DNA of 64,000 nucleotides from assembly GCA_965204785.1 (NCBI GenBank), contig OZ242015.1, forward strand, positions 899,241 through 963,240, given 5' to 3'. Position 1 is the first letter of the stretch, and each line of letters opens with the position of its first letter. Origin of the DNA: Alphaproteobacteria bacterium. Its GTDB lineage: Bacteria > Pseudomonadota > Alphaproteobacteria > SP197. The translations under genes were made by a program, and so were the position numbers. Shown here piece by piece: positions 31,344-41,968 of this stretch. The notes under the pieces were generated by a model. The model saw nothing but the letters and a program-made list of their open reading frames with translations, was not told the origin of the DNA and did no database searches.

Positions 31344-31914
31344 ATGGCACTCCAGATTCGCAAGCCAGTGACACACATGGACGAGACCCTGATCGAGGGC
31401 GGTCGCGGGGCTGAAAAGCCATGGTTCCTGATGGCCGTGGCAACCGTCGTCGCCAGCCCTTGGGTTGGGCAAGGGATTGTCAAGGATCTGTGTCCGGAGA
31501 TCCTTTCTCTGGCACCGCCTCTGGGCGATGTCCTGATGTCGCGTGTCCTGGAAGCCTGTGGGGCCGAGACCTACGGCAAGTCCGCCGTCGTTGGCCTCAA
31601 CGGCGAGACTGAGCACGGCAGCGGCTTTCATCCACACCCTGTGCTTCGGCAACAAGTACCGCGAGGCCGTGGGCGGCACGTCCTATCTTTCGTTCACCAA
31701 CACGCGGTCGCGGTCCGGACAGTCGATCCAGATTCCGATGATGCACAAGAACGATCCCGGCTTCCGGTACCACTACATCACGCTCGAATTCTCCATCCAA
31801 GACGCGCCCGGCCCCGACGAGATCGTCGTCGCCTGCCACCACGTCCGCCCGCCCGCACCACCATATCGGCAACCGCTATTCAGACATGGATGAGATGGGC
31901 ATCAAGCAGGAGGA
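31344..31914 (+). pseudogene. DUF1185 ('amino acid synthesis' family) protein, at least two frameshifts
   Basis: MALQIRKPVTHMDETLIEGGRGAEKPWFLMAVATVVASPW…YGKSAVVGLNGETEHG | frame 2 …AAFIHTLCFGNKYREAVGGTSYLSFTN…IQIPMMHKNDPGFRYHYITLEFSIQDAPGPDEIVVACH | frame 3 …RPHHHIGNRYSDMDEMGIKQEDG*. Confidence 0.55.
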
Positions 31915-31940
31915 CGGCTGAGTACGCAGGAGTTCTCGGC

Positions 31941-32213
31941 ATGAAGCAACGCGAGGTCACGTGCGCCTGTGGCGCGTTCAAGGCGCTTTGCCGGGGCGAA
32001 TCGGTGAAGATTTCGCTCTGCCATTGCCTCGACTGTCAGAAACGCACGGGCAGCGCCCTCGGCATTGCCGCGTTCTTCGAGCGCCCCGCCGTCGCGGCGA
32101 GCGCGTTTGCCGATCCAGCCCTTTCCCGCCCTGACCCAGTCGGTCTTCTCGGAGCGCCGCCACGGCTGGGTGGTCGAGATCCCAACGACACGGTAAGGGC
32201 AGGCCAGCCATGA
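31941..32213 (+). pseudogene. second GFA-family protein, apparently truncated/frameshifted at the C-terminus
   Basis: MKQREVTCACGAFKALCRGESVKISLCHCLDCQKRTGSALGIAAFFERPAV… then the conserved tail (…VFSERRHGWVVE) is in another frame. Confidence 0.45.
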
Positions 32214-33022
32214 GCAACAAACAACAATCCGGCGAAAATCACGTTGTCGTCTCGGGCGATGGGCCGCCGGTCGTGCTGGTGCACGGCGTGGGCTGCGATC
32301 ACACGCTCTGGGACGATGTCGTGCCCGCGCTCGAAGCAAGCCACCGCGTCATCCGCTACGACATGCTGGGCCACGGCAGAACGCCCATGCCGGGGGGCGA
32401 GGTCACGCTCCGGACCTATGCCGATCAGCTCGATGCCGTCAGCAGTGCCTTGGACTTGGAACGTTTCGCGCTGGTCGGCTTTTCCATGGGTGTGCCGATC
32501 TCGCAGCTCTTCGCCCTGGCTCACGGCGAGGCGCTGGCGGGCCTCGTACTCATGAACGGCGTCTATGACCGCGCGCAGGAACAGATAGCCGCGGTCCGCA
32601 TGCGCGTGGAGCAGGCGCGCCGGGAAGGCACCGGCATCCTGGTCGAACCCGCCATGGAACGCTGGTTCTCGCCCGAGTTCCGCGCCGCCCGGCCGGATCA
32701 GGAAGCGCGCATCCGCAAGCGTCTGGCCGACAACAACCCTGACGACTTCCTCATCGCCTACAACATTTTCGCCGAGGCCGACCCCTGGGTCGTGGGCAAG
32801 CTTGGCGCCATCGCCTGCCCCACGCTCGTCACCACGGGCGAAAAGGACCCCGGCTCCGTCCCGGCCATGAGCCGTGCCATGGCGGACGCCATACCCGGCG
32901 CAACCTGCCGGATCATGCCCGGCCTGCATCATATGCCTATGGTCGAGGGTCCCGAAGCGGTGTCGAATCTGCTGCTAGCATTCATTTCGGGTCTCCCGCG
33001 CGATGGCAGCCGTTGGGCATGA
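32210..33022 (+). CDS. alpha/beta-fold hydrolase
   Basis: VVLVHGVGCDHTLW…; nucleophile elbow GFSMG; 270 aa. Confidence 0.8.
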   Translation: MSNKQQSGENHVVVSGDGPPVVLVHGVGCDHTLWDDVVPALEASHRVIRYDMLGHGRTPMPGGEVTLRTYADQLDAVSSALDLERFALVGFSMGVPISQLFALAHGEALAGLVLMNGVYDRAQEQIAAVRMRVEQARREGTGILVEPAMERWFSPEFRAARPDQEARIRKRLADNNPDDFLIAYNIFAEADPWVVGKLGAIACPTLVTTGEKDPGSVPAMSRAMADAIPGATCRIMPGLHHMPMVEGPEAVSNLLLAFISGLPRDGSRWA

Positions 33023-33086
33023 ACGTACGCTCTCGTCTGACCGTACAGACCTGATAGGATAGCATCGCCAACAACGGGAGACGGCA

Positions 33087-33554
33087 TGATCGCACCACAG
33101 ACCGTGCCCGAAGTCGTGAACTGGGCCTGCGACCTGCTCACCTCGGTCGGCCAGACGCCGGCCGCTGATGAACAAGGAGGTCGACGGTTTCATCGTCAAC
33201 CGGCTCCAGTTCGCCGTGTTGCGTAAAGCATGATCCATGTGGGCAAACGGCATCGCCTCGGCCGAAGCGATTGACAACTCCTTCAAGATGACGCTCGGCC
33301 GCCGGTATTCCGACACCGGTCCCATCGAGTCGGCCGAATTGGGCGGGCTCGACATTCTCCACGCCTTTGCCGAGTTTCTGTTTCCCACCATCGACAAGTC
33401 CGATGCCTCGCCCGATGCGCTGACCGAACTGGTGCGCGTGGGCAACCATGGCCTCAAATCCGACAAGGGCATCTATTACTGGAGCCAACGCGACGGCAAG
33501 ATGCTCGCTGCCCGCCTCTTCCAGCGCATGGACAAGGACGCCGGGAAGGACTGA
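33087..33554 (+). pseudogene. 3-hydroxyacyl-CoA dehydrogenase C-terminal-domain fragment (NAD-binding N-terminus absent, one frameshift, in-frame TGA)
   Basis: …VPEVVNWACDLLTSVGQTPA | LMNKEVDGFIVNRLQFAVLRKA-TGA-SMWANGIASAEAIDNSFKMTLGRRYSDTGPIESAELGGLDIL…GNHGLKSDKGIYYW; only 65 nt separate it from the preceding gene. Confidence 0.55.
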
Positions 33555-33860
33555 TGGGCGCGGAACATGGCCGGCCGATATAGAACCCGTGACGATTTCT
33601 ACATTCTGGCAGAGAGTGCAAACTGCTTTGCATACCTCGCAAACCATCATATCGCTCCATTGTGATCCCCAGCGAGGGCTGGGTCCCATACGCATCGTCA
33701 AGGATGGTGAAGCGTTGGGATTGGTCCACGCGCACCATGACCGCCGAGCTTATAACCCCAGCCTTCGCCAGGGATCCAGTTGGTGCGTCGTTGAGTCAGC
33801 CTGTGGAATGCGATCTGGCGAGTGGGAACTGAAAAACCCCGCACCACGCCCAAAAATGCG

Positions 33861-35060
33861 TTATCCGTCGAAATGCTTGGCGCGGTGCACCTCGTCTCCG
33901 ACCAGCAGGGTCATCATAACCTCGGTCTCGCCGATCTCGCGGGGATCAATGGCGAAGATGTCGAGGTCGAGGACGATGAGGTCAGCGAACTTGCCCTTGG
34001 CGAGCGTGCCGATATCGCGCTCGCGCCAGGCGCCCGCAGTTGCGTTGACGGTATAACCCTTCATCGCGCTCTCGATGTCGATCCGCTATTCGGGCAGAAA
34101 CACGGGTAATCGCCCTCGCGGCGTCCGGGCGATCTGGATGATGGGGAAGGGGTTCTGCGTGGAAACACCCCAGTCGCTCGATAGCGCATGGGGCGCGTTT
34201 TTCGCCCACCATGACGATCTCCACCGACGGTTCCAGGCGCGCCCAGTTCGCGGAAACGGGAAATGTAGGCGGGATCGATCATCTGGACATGGGCAAGCTG
34301 ATGGAGCGCGGACCAGAGACCGTCCGCCTGGATGGCCGCCTCGATGCAATCCAGCGCCACGCGCGCCGCGCCTTCGCCGATGACATGGACATGCAATTGG
34401 AGCCGCGCGGCATCGAACGCGACCATGAAACGCTCCAGGTGCTCGCGGTCGAACATCAACTCGGCGTTGCCGCCGTCCTCGCTGTAGGGTTCGATCATCA
34501 GCCCGGTGCGGTTTTCCATCACGCCGTCCAGGGAGAATTTGGCCGAATGCACACGCGCCATGGGACACGAAAAGTCGCGCCGAAGCATGGTGAGGCGCTC
34601 CATCGCGCCTTCCAGCGTGTCGGTCGGGTTGACCAGCGCGGTTGGCTGCCGCGCGCAGGGTCAGCGCATCCAGCACGCCGGTGATGCCGAAGCGGTTGCA
34701 TTCGGCCTAGCCAAACAGCACATCCTCCGCATAGGTGTTGTCAGGCAGTTCCGGCATGCGCTCGGAGAGCCAGTGCGTCGCCTTTTCATAAAGCAAATCG
34801 GTAACCCGTCCGTCTGCGTCACGCACTAAACGCCCATCCTCGGGACCATCGTTCACGCCGTTGGCGAGATCCCGGATGGCGTGGTTTTCTCCCAGGGCCA
34901 CGATGTGCCCGTCCTTGACCGCCGGGGCCTCGACATGGGGATGGGCGATGTCCATGGTGCGGATGTTGTCGTTGATGACAATGAGATGAGTGCGCTGGCG
35001 ATCACGTCGGGAAGCTCCGGACAGGTGGAATTGAGCGCTGTCTTTGCGCCCGATCGCAAG
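33861..35060 (-). pseudogene. amidohydrolase-3-family metal-dependent hydrolase, several frameshifts and deletions
   Basis: N-term (34707-35060) …HLIVINDNIRTMDIAHPHVEAPAVKDGHIVALGENHAIRDLANGVN…; middle (34061-34603) …FMVAFDAARLQLHVHVIGEGAARVALDCIEAAIQADGLWSALHQLAHVQMIDPAYISRFRELGA; C-term (33861-34064) …MKGYTVNATAGAWRERDIGTLAKGKFADLIVLDLDIFAIDPREIGETEVMMTLLVGDEV; all three pieces in different frames. Confidence 0.55.
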
Positions 35061-35072
35061 CCTTGTGAAGCG

Positions 35073-35775
35073 TTAGTTTGCGTCTAGCGCGGCAATCACA
35101 TCCCGGCTTCTGCCCAATATGCCGAACACGCCGCCGGCTGCGCGGATGATGGTCAGTGCGGCCTCATGGCGTGCGGCGCTTCCCGCGGTGACGCCGTCCT
35201 CCACGACCATACAATCGAAGCCCCGGTCCAGCGCTTCGCGCAGGCACGAGGTGACGCAGCAATCGGTCGTCACGCCGGTCAGGATCAGCGTGTCGATGGC
35301 CTTACTTGGAGAGATACTGGCCGATGTCGGTGGTGGCGAAGACACCACAACTTGCCTTGTCGAAGACGGCTTCACCGTCACACGGCTGAAAGACGTTCGT
35401 GAAGTCCCAGCCAGGCTCGCCGCGAACCAGGGCGCGGCCCAGGGGGTCTTCGCTGCAGATCGCTTCGTTGATTGGGCCAGCCTTTTTCATGGGCTGGAGA
35501 TCGCTCAAATCCGGTGCGTAGCCCTCGCGCGTGTGAACGATCGTGAGATCGGCGCTACGCGCGGCGTCGAGAACGCCCAGTAGCGGCTCGACATGTGCCT
35601 GCAGCCGGGCAAGATCGCAACCCAGTCGGTGCATGTAGCCGTTCTCCGCGCAGAAATCGCGTTGCATGTCGATGACCAGCAACGCGGTGCGGGAAGAATT
35701 GAACGAGCCGCCCTGGGAAAAGGGTGCCGGATGTGCCTGGATGTGCTCCGCGTTCATCCGTACGCCCGTTCCCAT
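35073..35775 (-). pseudogene. isochorismatase-family cysteine hydrolase with one frameshift (N-half 35302-35775, C-half 35073-35381)
   Basis: …ALLVIDMQRDFC… and …AIDTLILTGVTTDCCVTSCLREALDRGFDCMVVEDG… overlap by 80 nt in different frames. Confidence 0.55.
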
Positions 35776-36968
35776 TCGACCATGTAGTCGCGGGTTTCGG
35801 GCGTGGCGTAGCGGTCCTTGGCGATCTGGACCTGGAAAACCATCTGGTCATCATGGCGGAAGGTCTGTTCACAGCCCAGCAGATAAAATTCCCACATGCG
35901 GCAGAACCGTTCGTCATAGAGCTGCTTCACCGCTTCGCGGTTGACGGCGAAGCGCCGATGCCAGTGTTTCAGGGTTTCGGCATAGTGGGTTTTCAGGATC
36001 TCCATGTCCGTGGCGAGCAGCTTGCTGCGCTCCAGGCTGGTCAAGACTTCCGAGAGCGCGGGCGTATAGCCGCCGGGGAAGATGTACCTCCGCAGCCACG
36101 CATTCGTGTTGCCGGGTTCGGAAAACCGGCCGATGGAGTGGAGCAACATCACACCGTTGTCGGTCATCAGTTCGCGGATCTTGCGGAAGAATTCCAAATA
36201 ATGGCGCGAGCCGACATGCTCGAACATGCCCACCGACACGATCCGGTCGTACTGCTGTTCTAGGTGCCGGTAGTCCTTCAGGTGGAACTGCACCCGATCG
36301 GCAAGCCCGGCCTCCCTAGCGCGCCGGTTTGAAACCTCGTGCTGTTCCCTGGAGAGCGTCACGCCGGTGACTTCCACGCCCGCCTCACGCGCCAGATAAA
36401 GACCCATGCCGCCCCAGCCCGAGCCGATATCGAGCACGCGCATACCCGGTTCCAGCAGCAGTTTGGAGGCGATGTGCCGCTTCTTGTCGGCCTGCGCCTG
36501 CTCCAGCGTGCTGTTGGGCGTGGCGAAGTAGGCGCAGGAATACTGCCGGTCTTCGTCGAGGAAGAGATCGAACAGATCGTCGGAAAGATCGTAATGATGC
36601 GCCACGTTGCGCCGTGCGCGCGTGGCGGGGTTATGCTGTTGCAGTGGGCGCGTGATGTTGCGCCGGATCCATGTGCCCATCCGGCCCACGGCGTCGTCGC
36701 GTTCCAGATTTTTCAGATTGCGTCCGACAACCTCGAAGAAATTCTCTATCGTGCCGTCCTCGATAGTCAGCGTGCCGTCCATATAGGCTTCGCCAACACC
36801 GATCGTGGGCGCGATGCCCAGCTTCCAGTGCAGCGCGGGATCGTGCAGCCGGACGGTGACAGAAGGTTCGGCCCCCGGCGTGCCGAAGGTATGTTCCTTA
36901 CCGTGGGCGTCGATCAGTTGCAAACGACCGACGGTGATAAGGCGTTGCAGAATTCCGGACAACAGCAT
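35754..36968 (-). CDS. cfa: cyclopropane-fatty-acyl-phospholipid synthase family SAM-dependent methyltransferase
   Basis: VLDIGSGWGGMGLYLAREAGVEVTGVTLSREQ…; 404 aa. Confidence 0.85.
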   Translation of the reverse strand: MLLSGILQRLITVGRLQLIDAHGKEHTFGTPGAEPSVTVRLHDPALHWKLGIAPTIGVGEAYMDGTLTIEDGTIENFFEVVGRNLKNLERDDAVGRMGTWIRRNITRPLQQHNPATRARRNVAHHYDLSDDLFDLFLDEDRQYSCAYFATPNSTLEQAQADKKRHIASKLLLEPGMRVLDIGSGWGGMGLYLAREAGVEVTGVTLSREQHEVSNRRAREAGLADRVQFHLKDYRHLEQQYDRIVSVGMFEHVGSRHYLEFFRKIRELMTDNGVMLLHSIGRFSEPGNTNAWLRRYIFPGGYTPALSEVLTSLERSKLLATDMEILKTHYAETLKHWHRRFAVNREAVKQLYDERFCRMWEFYLLGCEQTFRHDDQMVFQVQIAKDRYATPETRDYMVEWERAYG

Positions 36969-37186
36969 GACCCGGTTCCCAAAATAAGCAGGCTGTCATG
37001 TATCTGTAGTTTATCGCTCACTTGCGATCGTCTCAATGCCGCAACGTTACAAACGTTCCATTCGCGCATCGATTGTATGGAAAGGGACGGGAGAGATATG
37101 ACCGCACGCCAAAGGCGCCTGCACAGCAAAACGAGGTTACCTCATTCGAACAAACACCGCTCAGTCAAGCACGGGTCGGCGAGGCG

Positions 37187-37831
37187 TCAGCCCGACTTGT
37201 TCTCGTCGTTTTCGCTTTCGCCGTCCTCCGCGGCTTCCTCGTTCTCACCCTCTTCAAGGCTCTCGACCTCCGCCTCGGTTTCCGCGACCTGATCGAGCAC
37301 CTGTTCCTCAATCGCCGGGGCAGAGGCTTCTTCTTCGGCCATGCGGCCCACGGCGCGGCCGGTTTCGTACTGGATCACGGCCTCGTCCTCGCTGCGCGCC
37401 ACGTTCGCGGTGATGCCGACGATGACCTCCGGATGCAGCATGACCTGAACGTCATGCAGGCCAAGGGTCTTGATCGGCCGGGACAAAACCACGCTGCGCC
37501 GGTCGGCCTCGAAACCCTGCGCGATCAGGCCGTCGGCGATGTCGTGCGCCTTCACCGATCCGTAAAGCTGCAGGTTGTCGCTCGCCTGGCGGATCAGAAT
37601 GACCTGTGCGCCTTCCATGCCCTCTGCGACCTTTTTGGCCCGGCTGCGCTTCTCGGCATTGCGGGCTTCGCGCTCGGCGCGTTCGGCCTCGAACTGCGCA
37701 ACGTTGTCCTTGCTCGCCCGCAGGGCCTTACCCTGGGGAATCAGGAAGTTGCGGGCATATCCCGGGCGCACTGCGATGACATCGCCCATCTGACCCAGTT
37801 TCTCGATGCGCTCCAAAAGAACGACGTCCAT
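37187..37831 (-). CDS. rplI: 50S ribosomal protein L9 with acidic C-terminal extension
   Basis: [39 protein letters not shown]…. Confidence 0.95.
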   Translation of the reverse strand: MDVVLLERIEKLGQMGDVIAVRPGYARNFLIPQGKALRASKDNVAQFEAERAEREARNAEKRSRAKKVAEGMEGAQVILIRQASDNLQLYGSVKAHDIADGLIAQGFEADRRSVVLSRPIKTLGLHDVQVMLHPEVIVGITANVARSEDEAVIQYETGRAVGRMAEEEASAPAIEEQVLDQVAETEAEVESLEEGENEEAAEDGESENDENKSG

Positions 37832-38833
37832 CTAATCCTCCATCGCGGCGTTGGGGTCAACGCCAAAACGTTCACGAAAATTTGCCCAGCGTTCGACAAA
37901 TCCGACGGCAGTAAACGCCATGGCGCCAAACGGCTGGAAGACGAGCACCACAAGATAGGAGCCCGCCAGAATAAGGGGCTGCGCGCTAATGCCGCGCGTC
38001 AGCGCATGCAAAACCGCGAGACCCTGTAGCAGAAACCCCACCCCAAAGACCAGCAGGAATCCCGTCAAAATGTAGACCGCGAAGGCAATTGTGCCTTCGC
38101 GGTCGCCTCCCAGCGTGTCGAGGCCCAAAACCACGACACCGATCAGCAGGGTTGCATAGAAGGGCCAGCCCGGCAGACGCAGGCGCCAGAACGGCGGAGC
38201 GGGGCGCTGCGCGTAGCCTCCGCTGCGCACGAGGCCCTGTGCCAGGGCGCCCATCGCGGCGTGGGAAACGACCACCACGGCTACGATCGTGCCTAGGACC
38301 AGCGAATCCCAGAAATCGGCGATCTGGGCGATGTTCGTGACCGCGTCGGGTCCGTGGCTCGCGTCCGTGCCGTAAAACGTGCTCATCAGCAGGTTGAGAT
38401 TGCTCCGGATGGTACCGACCAAGCCGGCCTGGGTCAGGGAAACCGCCAATGCGGCGATGATCAGGATGAAAAGCCCCAGGATGACAAGGATCTGTGTCAG
38501 ATCCGATGCCGAGAGATAGACGTTCCCCGTGTCTGGTGTCTTGTCGATCTGTTGCGTGGCGACATGGCCCAGCAGAAAGGCCGGCATCACAAAGGCGACG
38601 CTGAACACGCTGGCCAGCAGCGGATCGCTGAACGCCATGGTGCCCGCCACGGCAACCACGCCCGCGATGCCCGAAGCCAGCGAGTTCATACCCAGACCGG
38701 CGATATAGATCGGCAGCGGCGAGCACAGCACCAGAAAGACGCCCCAGATCGAGTGGGAAAGACCCACGACATAAAGTGCGCCGGCGGCGATGCCCGCCAG
38801 CAGGGCGACCACGGGTGTGTAGAGCGTCAGCAT
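37832..38833 (-). CDS. DUF2232-family polytopic membrane protein (conserved between rpsR and rplI in alphaproteobacteria)
   Basis: 333 aa, about 8 TM helices. Confidence 0.7.
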   Translation of the reverse strand: MLTLYTPVVALLAGIAAGALYVVGLSHSIWGVFLVLCSPLPIYIAGLGMNSLASGIAGVVAVAGTMAFSDPLLASVFSVAFVMPAFLLGHVATQQIDKTPDTGNVYLSASDLTQILVILGLFILIIAALAVSLTQAGLVGTIRSNLNLLMSTFYGTDASHGPDAVTNIAQIADFWDSLVLGTIVAVVVVSHAAMGALAQGLVRSGGYAQRPAPPFWRLRLPGWPFYATLLIGVVVLGLDTLGGDREGTIAFAVYILTGFLLVFGVGFLLQGLAVLHALTRGISAQPLILAGSYLVVLVFQPFGAMAFTAVGFVERWANFRERFGVDPNAAMED

Positions 38834-38922
38834 CGGTTGGCCCGATCCGAATTTCGCGTCCCGCCAGGCATGTCGGGGCTCACAAAACCGAGCCGAAGGA
38901 ATCGGCCTTTTGAACGCAAAAT

Positions 38923-39183
38923 CTACTGGGCGATATAGGGAAGCAGGGCGAGATAACGTGCGCGCTTGATGGCGCGGGCCAGTTCACGCTGCTTCTTGGC
39001 CGAAACGGCCGTGATGCGCGAAGGGACGATCTTGCCGCGCTCGGAAACATAACGCTGCAGCAGCTTGATGTCCTTGTAGTCGATCTCGGGCGCATTGGCG
39101 CCGGAGAACGGGCAGGTCTTGCGCCGACGCCAGAAGGGGCGGCGGGGGGAGGCGGCCGGTCCGGCCTGTCGCATCTGGCCCAT
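38923..39183 (-). CDS. rpsR: 30S ribosomal protein S18
   Basis: …[60 protein letters not shown]. Confidence 0.95.
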   Translation of the reverse strand: MGQMRQAGPAASPRRPFWRRRKTCPFSGANAPEIDYKDIKLLQRYVSERGKIVPSRITAVSAKKQRELARAIKRARYLALLPYIAQ

Positions 39184-39186
39184 CAG

Positions 39187-39579
39187 TTATCTCCGTTCGT
39201 CGTCATCGTCCGATTCGGTCTCGCCGTCGCGGCGGATCGAACGGTCTTCGCGGCTCGACTTGTTGCGCATCATCGGCGATGCCTCGGGATCGAGACCGTC
39301 CACCTTGATCGACATGTAACGCAACACGTCTTCGTTGAAGTGAAGGGTGCGCTCCAGTTCGCCCAGAGCGACCGCCGGGGCTTCCATCGTCATATAGACG
39401 TAATGGCCCTTGCGGTTCTTCTTGATCTTGTAGGCGAGTGACTTCAAGCCCCAGATTTCGGTCTTGGGGACGGAACCGCCCTGATCCTTGACTAAGGTCT
39501 CCATCTCGCCGGCAAGCGCTTCAACCTGCTGGGGCGAAGCATCGGGGCGGACAATAAACGTGCTCTCGTAGAAAGGCAT
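39187..39579 (-). CDS. rpsF: 30S ribosomal protein S6
   Basis: MPFYESTFIVRPD…, acidic tail; the ORF-track upstream extension was ignored. Confidence 0.9.
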   Translation of the reverse strand: MPFYESTFIVRPDASPQQVEALAGEMETLVKDQGGSVPKTEIWGLKSLAYKIKKNRKGHYVYMTMEAPAVALGELERTLHFNEDVLRYMSIKVDGLDPEASPMMRNKSSREDRSIRRDGETESDDDDERR

Positions 39580-39804
39580 GAAACCTTCCAGGTTCGGTTG
39601 TTTTCCATAATCCTGACGCCGGTACAGCGTGGCATACGGCAAAAGCCACCGCAGCCCGCTACTCATGTGCCGGCGAAGGCGCGCACTATAGTCAAAAACG
39701 TTTGGGGTGCAAGCGGCTTGACACGGCTTCTTTCAGACCGTTTGACTGGCCCCGCCCGAACGGGCATGGCAAGTTGTTCAAGCAACCAGGGGAAGGCTGC
39801 ATCC

Positions 39805-40746
39805 ATGACCAGAATATTCGTGTTTCCCGGCCAGGGGAGCCAGCGTCCGGGCATGGGGGTGGAGCTCGGCGAAGCCTTCGCCGCAGCCCGCGGCGTGTTC
39901 GAGGAAGTGAACGACGCCCTGGGCGAGGACCTCTTCGGGCTAATGCGCGACGGGCCGGAAGATCAGCTCACGCTCACGCACAACGCCCAGCCGGCCCTGA
40001 TGGCTTCCTCCATCGCCGTCCTGCGCGTTCTCGAAGCCGAAGACGAGCGCAAGATCGATGACATGGCGTCTTTCGTCGCCGGCCATTCTCTGGGCGAATA
40101 TTCGGCGCTGGTGGCCGCCGGCGCGCTTCCCCTTGACGTCGCGGCAAAGCTCCTGCGCCTGCGCGGTGAAGCTATGCAGGAAGCCGTTCCCGTGGGCGAG
40201 GGCGCCATGGTGGCAGTCCTGGGTCTTGAGATCGACACGGTGACCGGCATTGCCGATGCGGCATCCTCATCGGGCGTGTGTGCCGTCGCCAACGACAATT
40301 CGCCCGGCCAGGTGGTGATCTCCGGCGCTCTGGCCGCCGTCGAGCGTGCGGCCGAACTCGCCAAGGAGCAGGGCGCCAAGCGCGCCATGATGCTCCCCGT
40401 CAGCGCGCCATTCCATTGTCCCATGATGCAACCGGCTGCCGAACGCATGGCCATCGCACTTGACGATACCGTGATCGCCGTTCCCGCCGTTCCGGTTATC
40501 GCCAACGTAACGGCGACGCCCGCATCGGCGCCCGAAGCCCTGCGCACCAATCTCGTCGAACAGGTCACTGAGACGGTCCGCTGGTGCGAAAGCATCGCCG
40601 GGCTCCAGGGCCTGGGCGTGGGCACAACGGTGGAACTGGGCACGGGCAAAGTGCTTTCCGGGCTGGTCCGTCGCATCGACCGGGAACTCGAAGCGCTTTC
40701 GATCGAAACGCCCGGCGATGTCGAAGCCTTCCTGAAAACACTCTAA
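39805..40746 (+). CDS. fabD: malonyl-CoA:ACP transacylase FabD
   Basis: MTRIFVFPGQGSQRPGMG…GHSLGEYSAL. Confidence 0.95.
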   Translation: MTRIFVFPGQGSQRPGMGVELGEAFAAARGVFEEVNDALGEDLFGLMRDGPEDQLTLTHNAQPALMASSIAVLRVLEAEDERKIDDMASFVAGHSLGEYSALVAAGALPLDVAAKLLRLRGEAMQEAVPVGEGAMVAVLGLEIDTVTGIADAASSSGVCAVANDNSPGQVVISGALAAVERAAELAKEQGAKRAMMLPVSAPFHCPMMQPAAERMAIALDDTVIAVPAVPVIANVTATPASAPEALRTNLVEQVTETVRWCESIAGLQGLGVGTTVELGTGKVLSGLVRRIDRELEALSIETPGDVEAFLKTL

Positions 40747-40777
40747 CGTCGTGGCCTCAAGAGCCAGGGAGACCAGC

Positions 40778-41515
40778 ATGTTTGAGTTGACGGGCCGCAA
40801 GGCTCTGGTGACCGGCGCATCGGGCAGCATCGGCGGGGCCATCGCGCATGCCCTGCACGCTCAGGGCGCGGACGTGGCCCTTGCCGGACGGCGCAAGGAC
40901 GCGCTCGACGCGCTCGCGGGCGATTTGGGCGAGCGCACCCACGTCCTGGTCGCCGATCTGGGCACGCCTGAGGACGATGCCGGCCTGGCCAAGGCGGCCG
41001 AGGAGGCGATGGGCCAGGTCGATATCCTGGTCAACAACGCTGGCATCACCGCCGATACGCTCGCCATGCGCATGAAGGACGAGGACTGGCAGCGTGTGCT
41101 GGAACTCAATCTCTCCTCGGGCTTCCGCATCATCCGCTCGCTCCTGCGCGGCATGTTGAAGCGCAGGCATGGCCGCATCATCGGCATTACCTCGGTGGTC
41201 GGTGTTACGGGCAACCCCGGCCAGACCAATTATGCCGCGGCCAAGGCGGGCATCATCGGCATGTCCAAGGCGCTCGCCCAGGAGGTCGCCGAGCGCAGCA
41301 TCACTGTCAACTGTGTCGCGCCGGGCTTCATCGAGACGCCGATGACCGACAACCTGCCCGATGCCGTCAAGGAGAGCCTGCTGGGGCGCATTTCGGTGGG
41401 CCGCCTAGGTTCGCCCGCCGACATCGGCGCGGCCACGGCCTACCTCGCCAGCGACGAGGCGGCCTATGTCACGGGCCAGACCATGCACGTGAACGGCGGC
41501 ATGACGATGATCTAG
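40778..41515 (+). CDS. fabG: 3-oxoacyl-ACP reductase FabG
   Basis: SDR with TGASGSIGGAIA…NAG…YAAAKAG. Confidence 0.95.
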   Translation: MFELTGRKALVTGASGSIGGAIAHALHAQGADVALAGRRKDALDALAGDLGERTHVLVADLGTPEDDAGLAKAAEEAMGQVDILVNNAGITADTLAMRMKDEDWQRVLELNLSSGFRIIRSLLRGMLKRRHGRIIGITSVVGVTGNPGQTNYAAAKAGIIGMSKALAQEVAERSITVNCVAPGFIETPMTDNLPDAVKESLLGRISVGRLGSPADIGAATAYLASDEAAYVTGQTMHVNGGMTMI

Positions 41516-41689
41516 GCGAACACTTAAGCGTGGATAACCCTGCATTTCATGCTATCGCAAGGCACCATAAAGTATGTTACATGGTCTGCGTGTTTGTGGC
41601 AGACAATATGCCTTATCGATATGCCTCGGCGATCGCAGTGCAGGGTCTAAGGTGCTGAATTTTTTGTGAAATCCGGAGGTGGCTAGGCT

Positions 41690-41926
41690 ATGAGCGACGT
41701 TGCAGATCGCGTTAAGAAAATTGTCATCGATCACCTTGGTGTCGATGAAGCCAAGGTGATCGAGAGCGCAGGCTTCATCGACGACCTGGGCGCTGACAGT
41801 CTGGACACCGTTGAACTGGTGATGGATTTCGAAGAGGAGTTCGGGGTCGAAATCCCCGATGACGCGGCCGAGAAGATCGTGACTGTCAAAGACGCGATCG
41901 ACTTCATCGAAAAGAACGCGGACTGA
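41690..41926 (+). CDS. acpP: acyl carrier protein
   Basis: …[27 protein letters not shown]…. Confidence 0.97.
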   Translation: MSDVADRVKKIVIDHLGVDEAKVIESAGFIDDLGADSLDTVELVMDFEEEFGVEIPDDAAEKIVTVKDAIDFIEKNAD

Positions 41927-41933
41927 GGCAAGC

Positions 41934-41954
41934 GCCGCGGCGCGCTGCCGCGGC
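41934..41954 (+). promoter_or_regulatory. 8-bp-stem hairpin (gccgcggc-gcgct-gccgcggc) between acpP and fabF, likely a partial terminator/attenuator
   Basis: Direct reading; this position is classic for acpP-fabF attenuation. Confidence 0.4.
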
Positions 41955-41968
41955 CGGTCCTTGGAAAC

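Noticed and set aside
27200-35800. Explaining the many frameshifts as sequencing/assembly indel errors
   Set aside because: Lesions are confined to accessory genes and include large deletions, missing domains and nonsense codons, while ~40 kb of core genes in the same window are flawless. Confirmation with reads is still advisable
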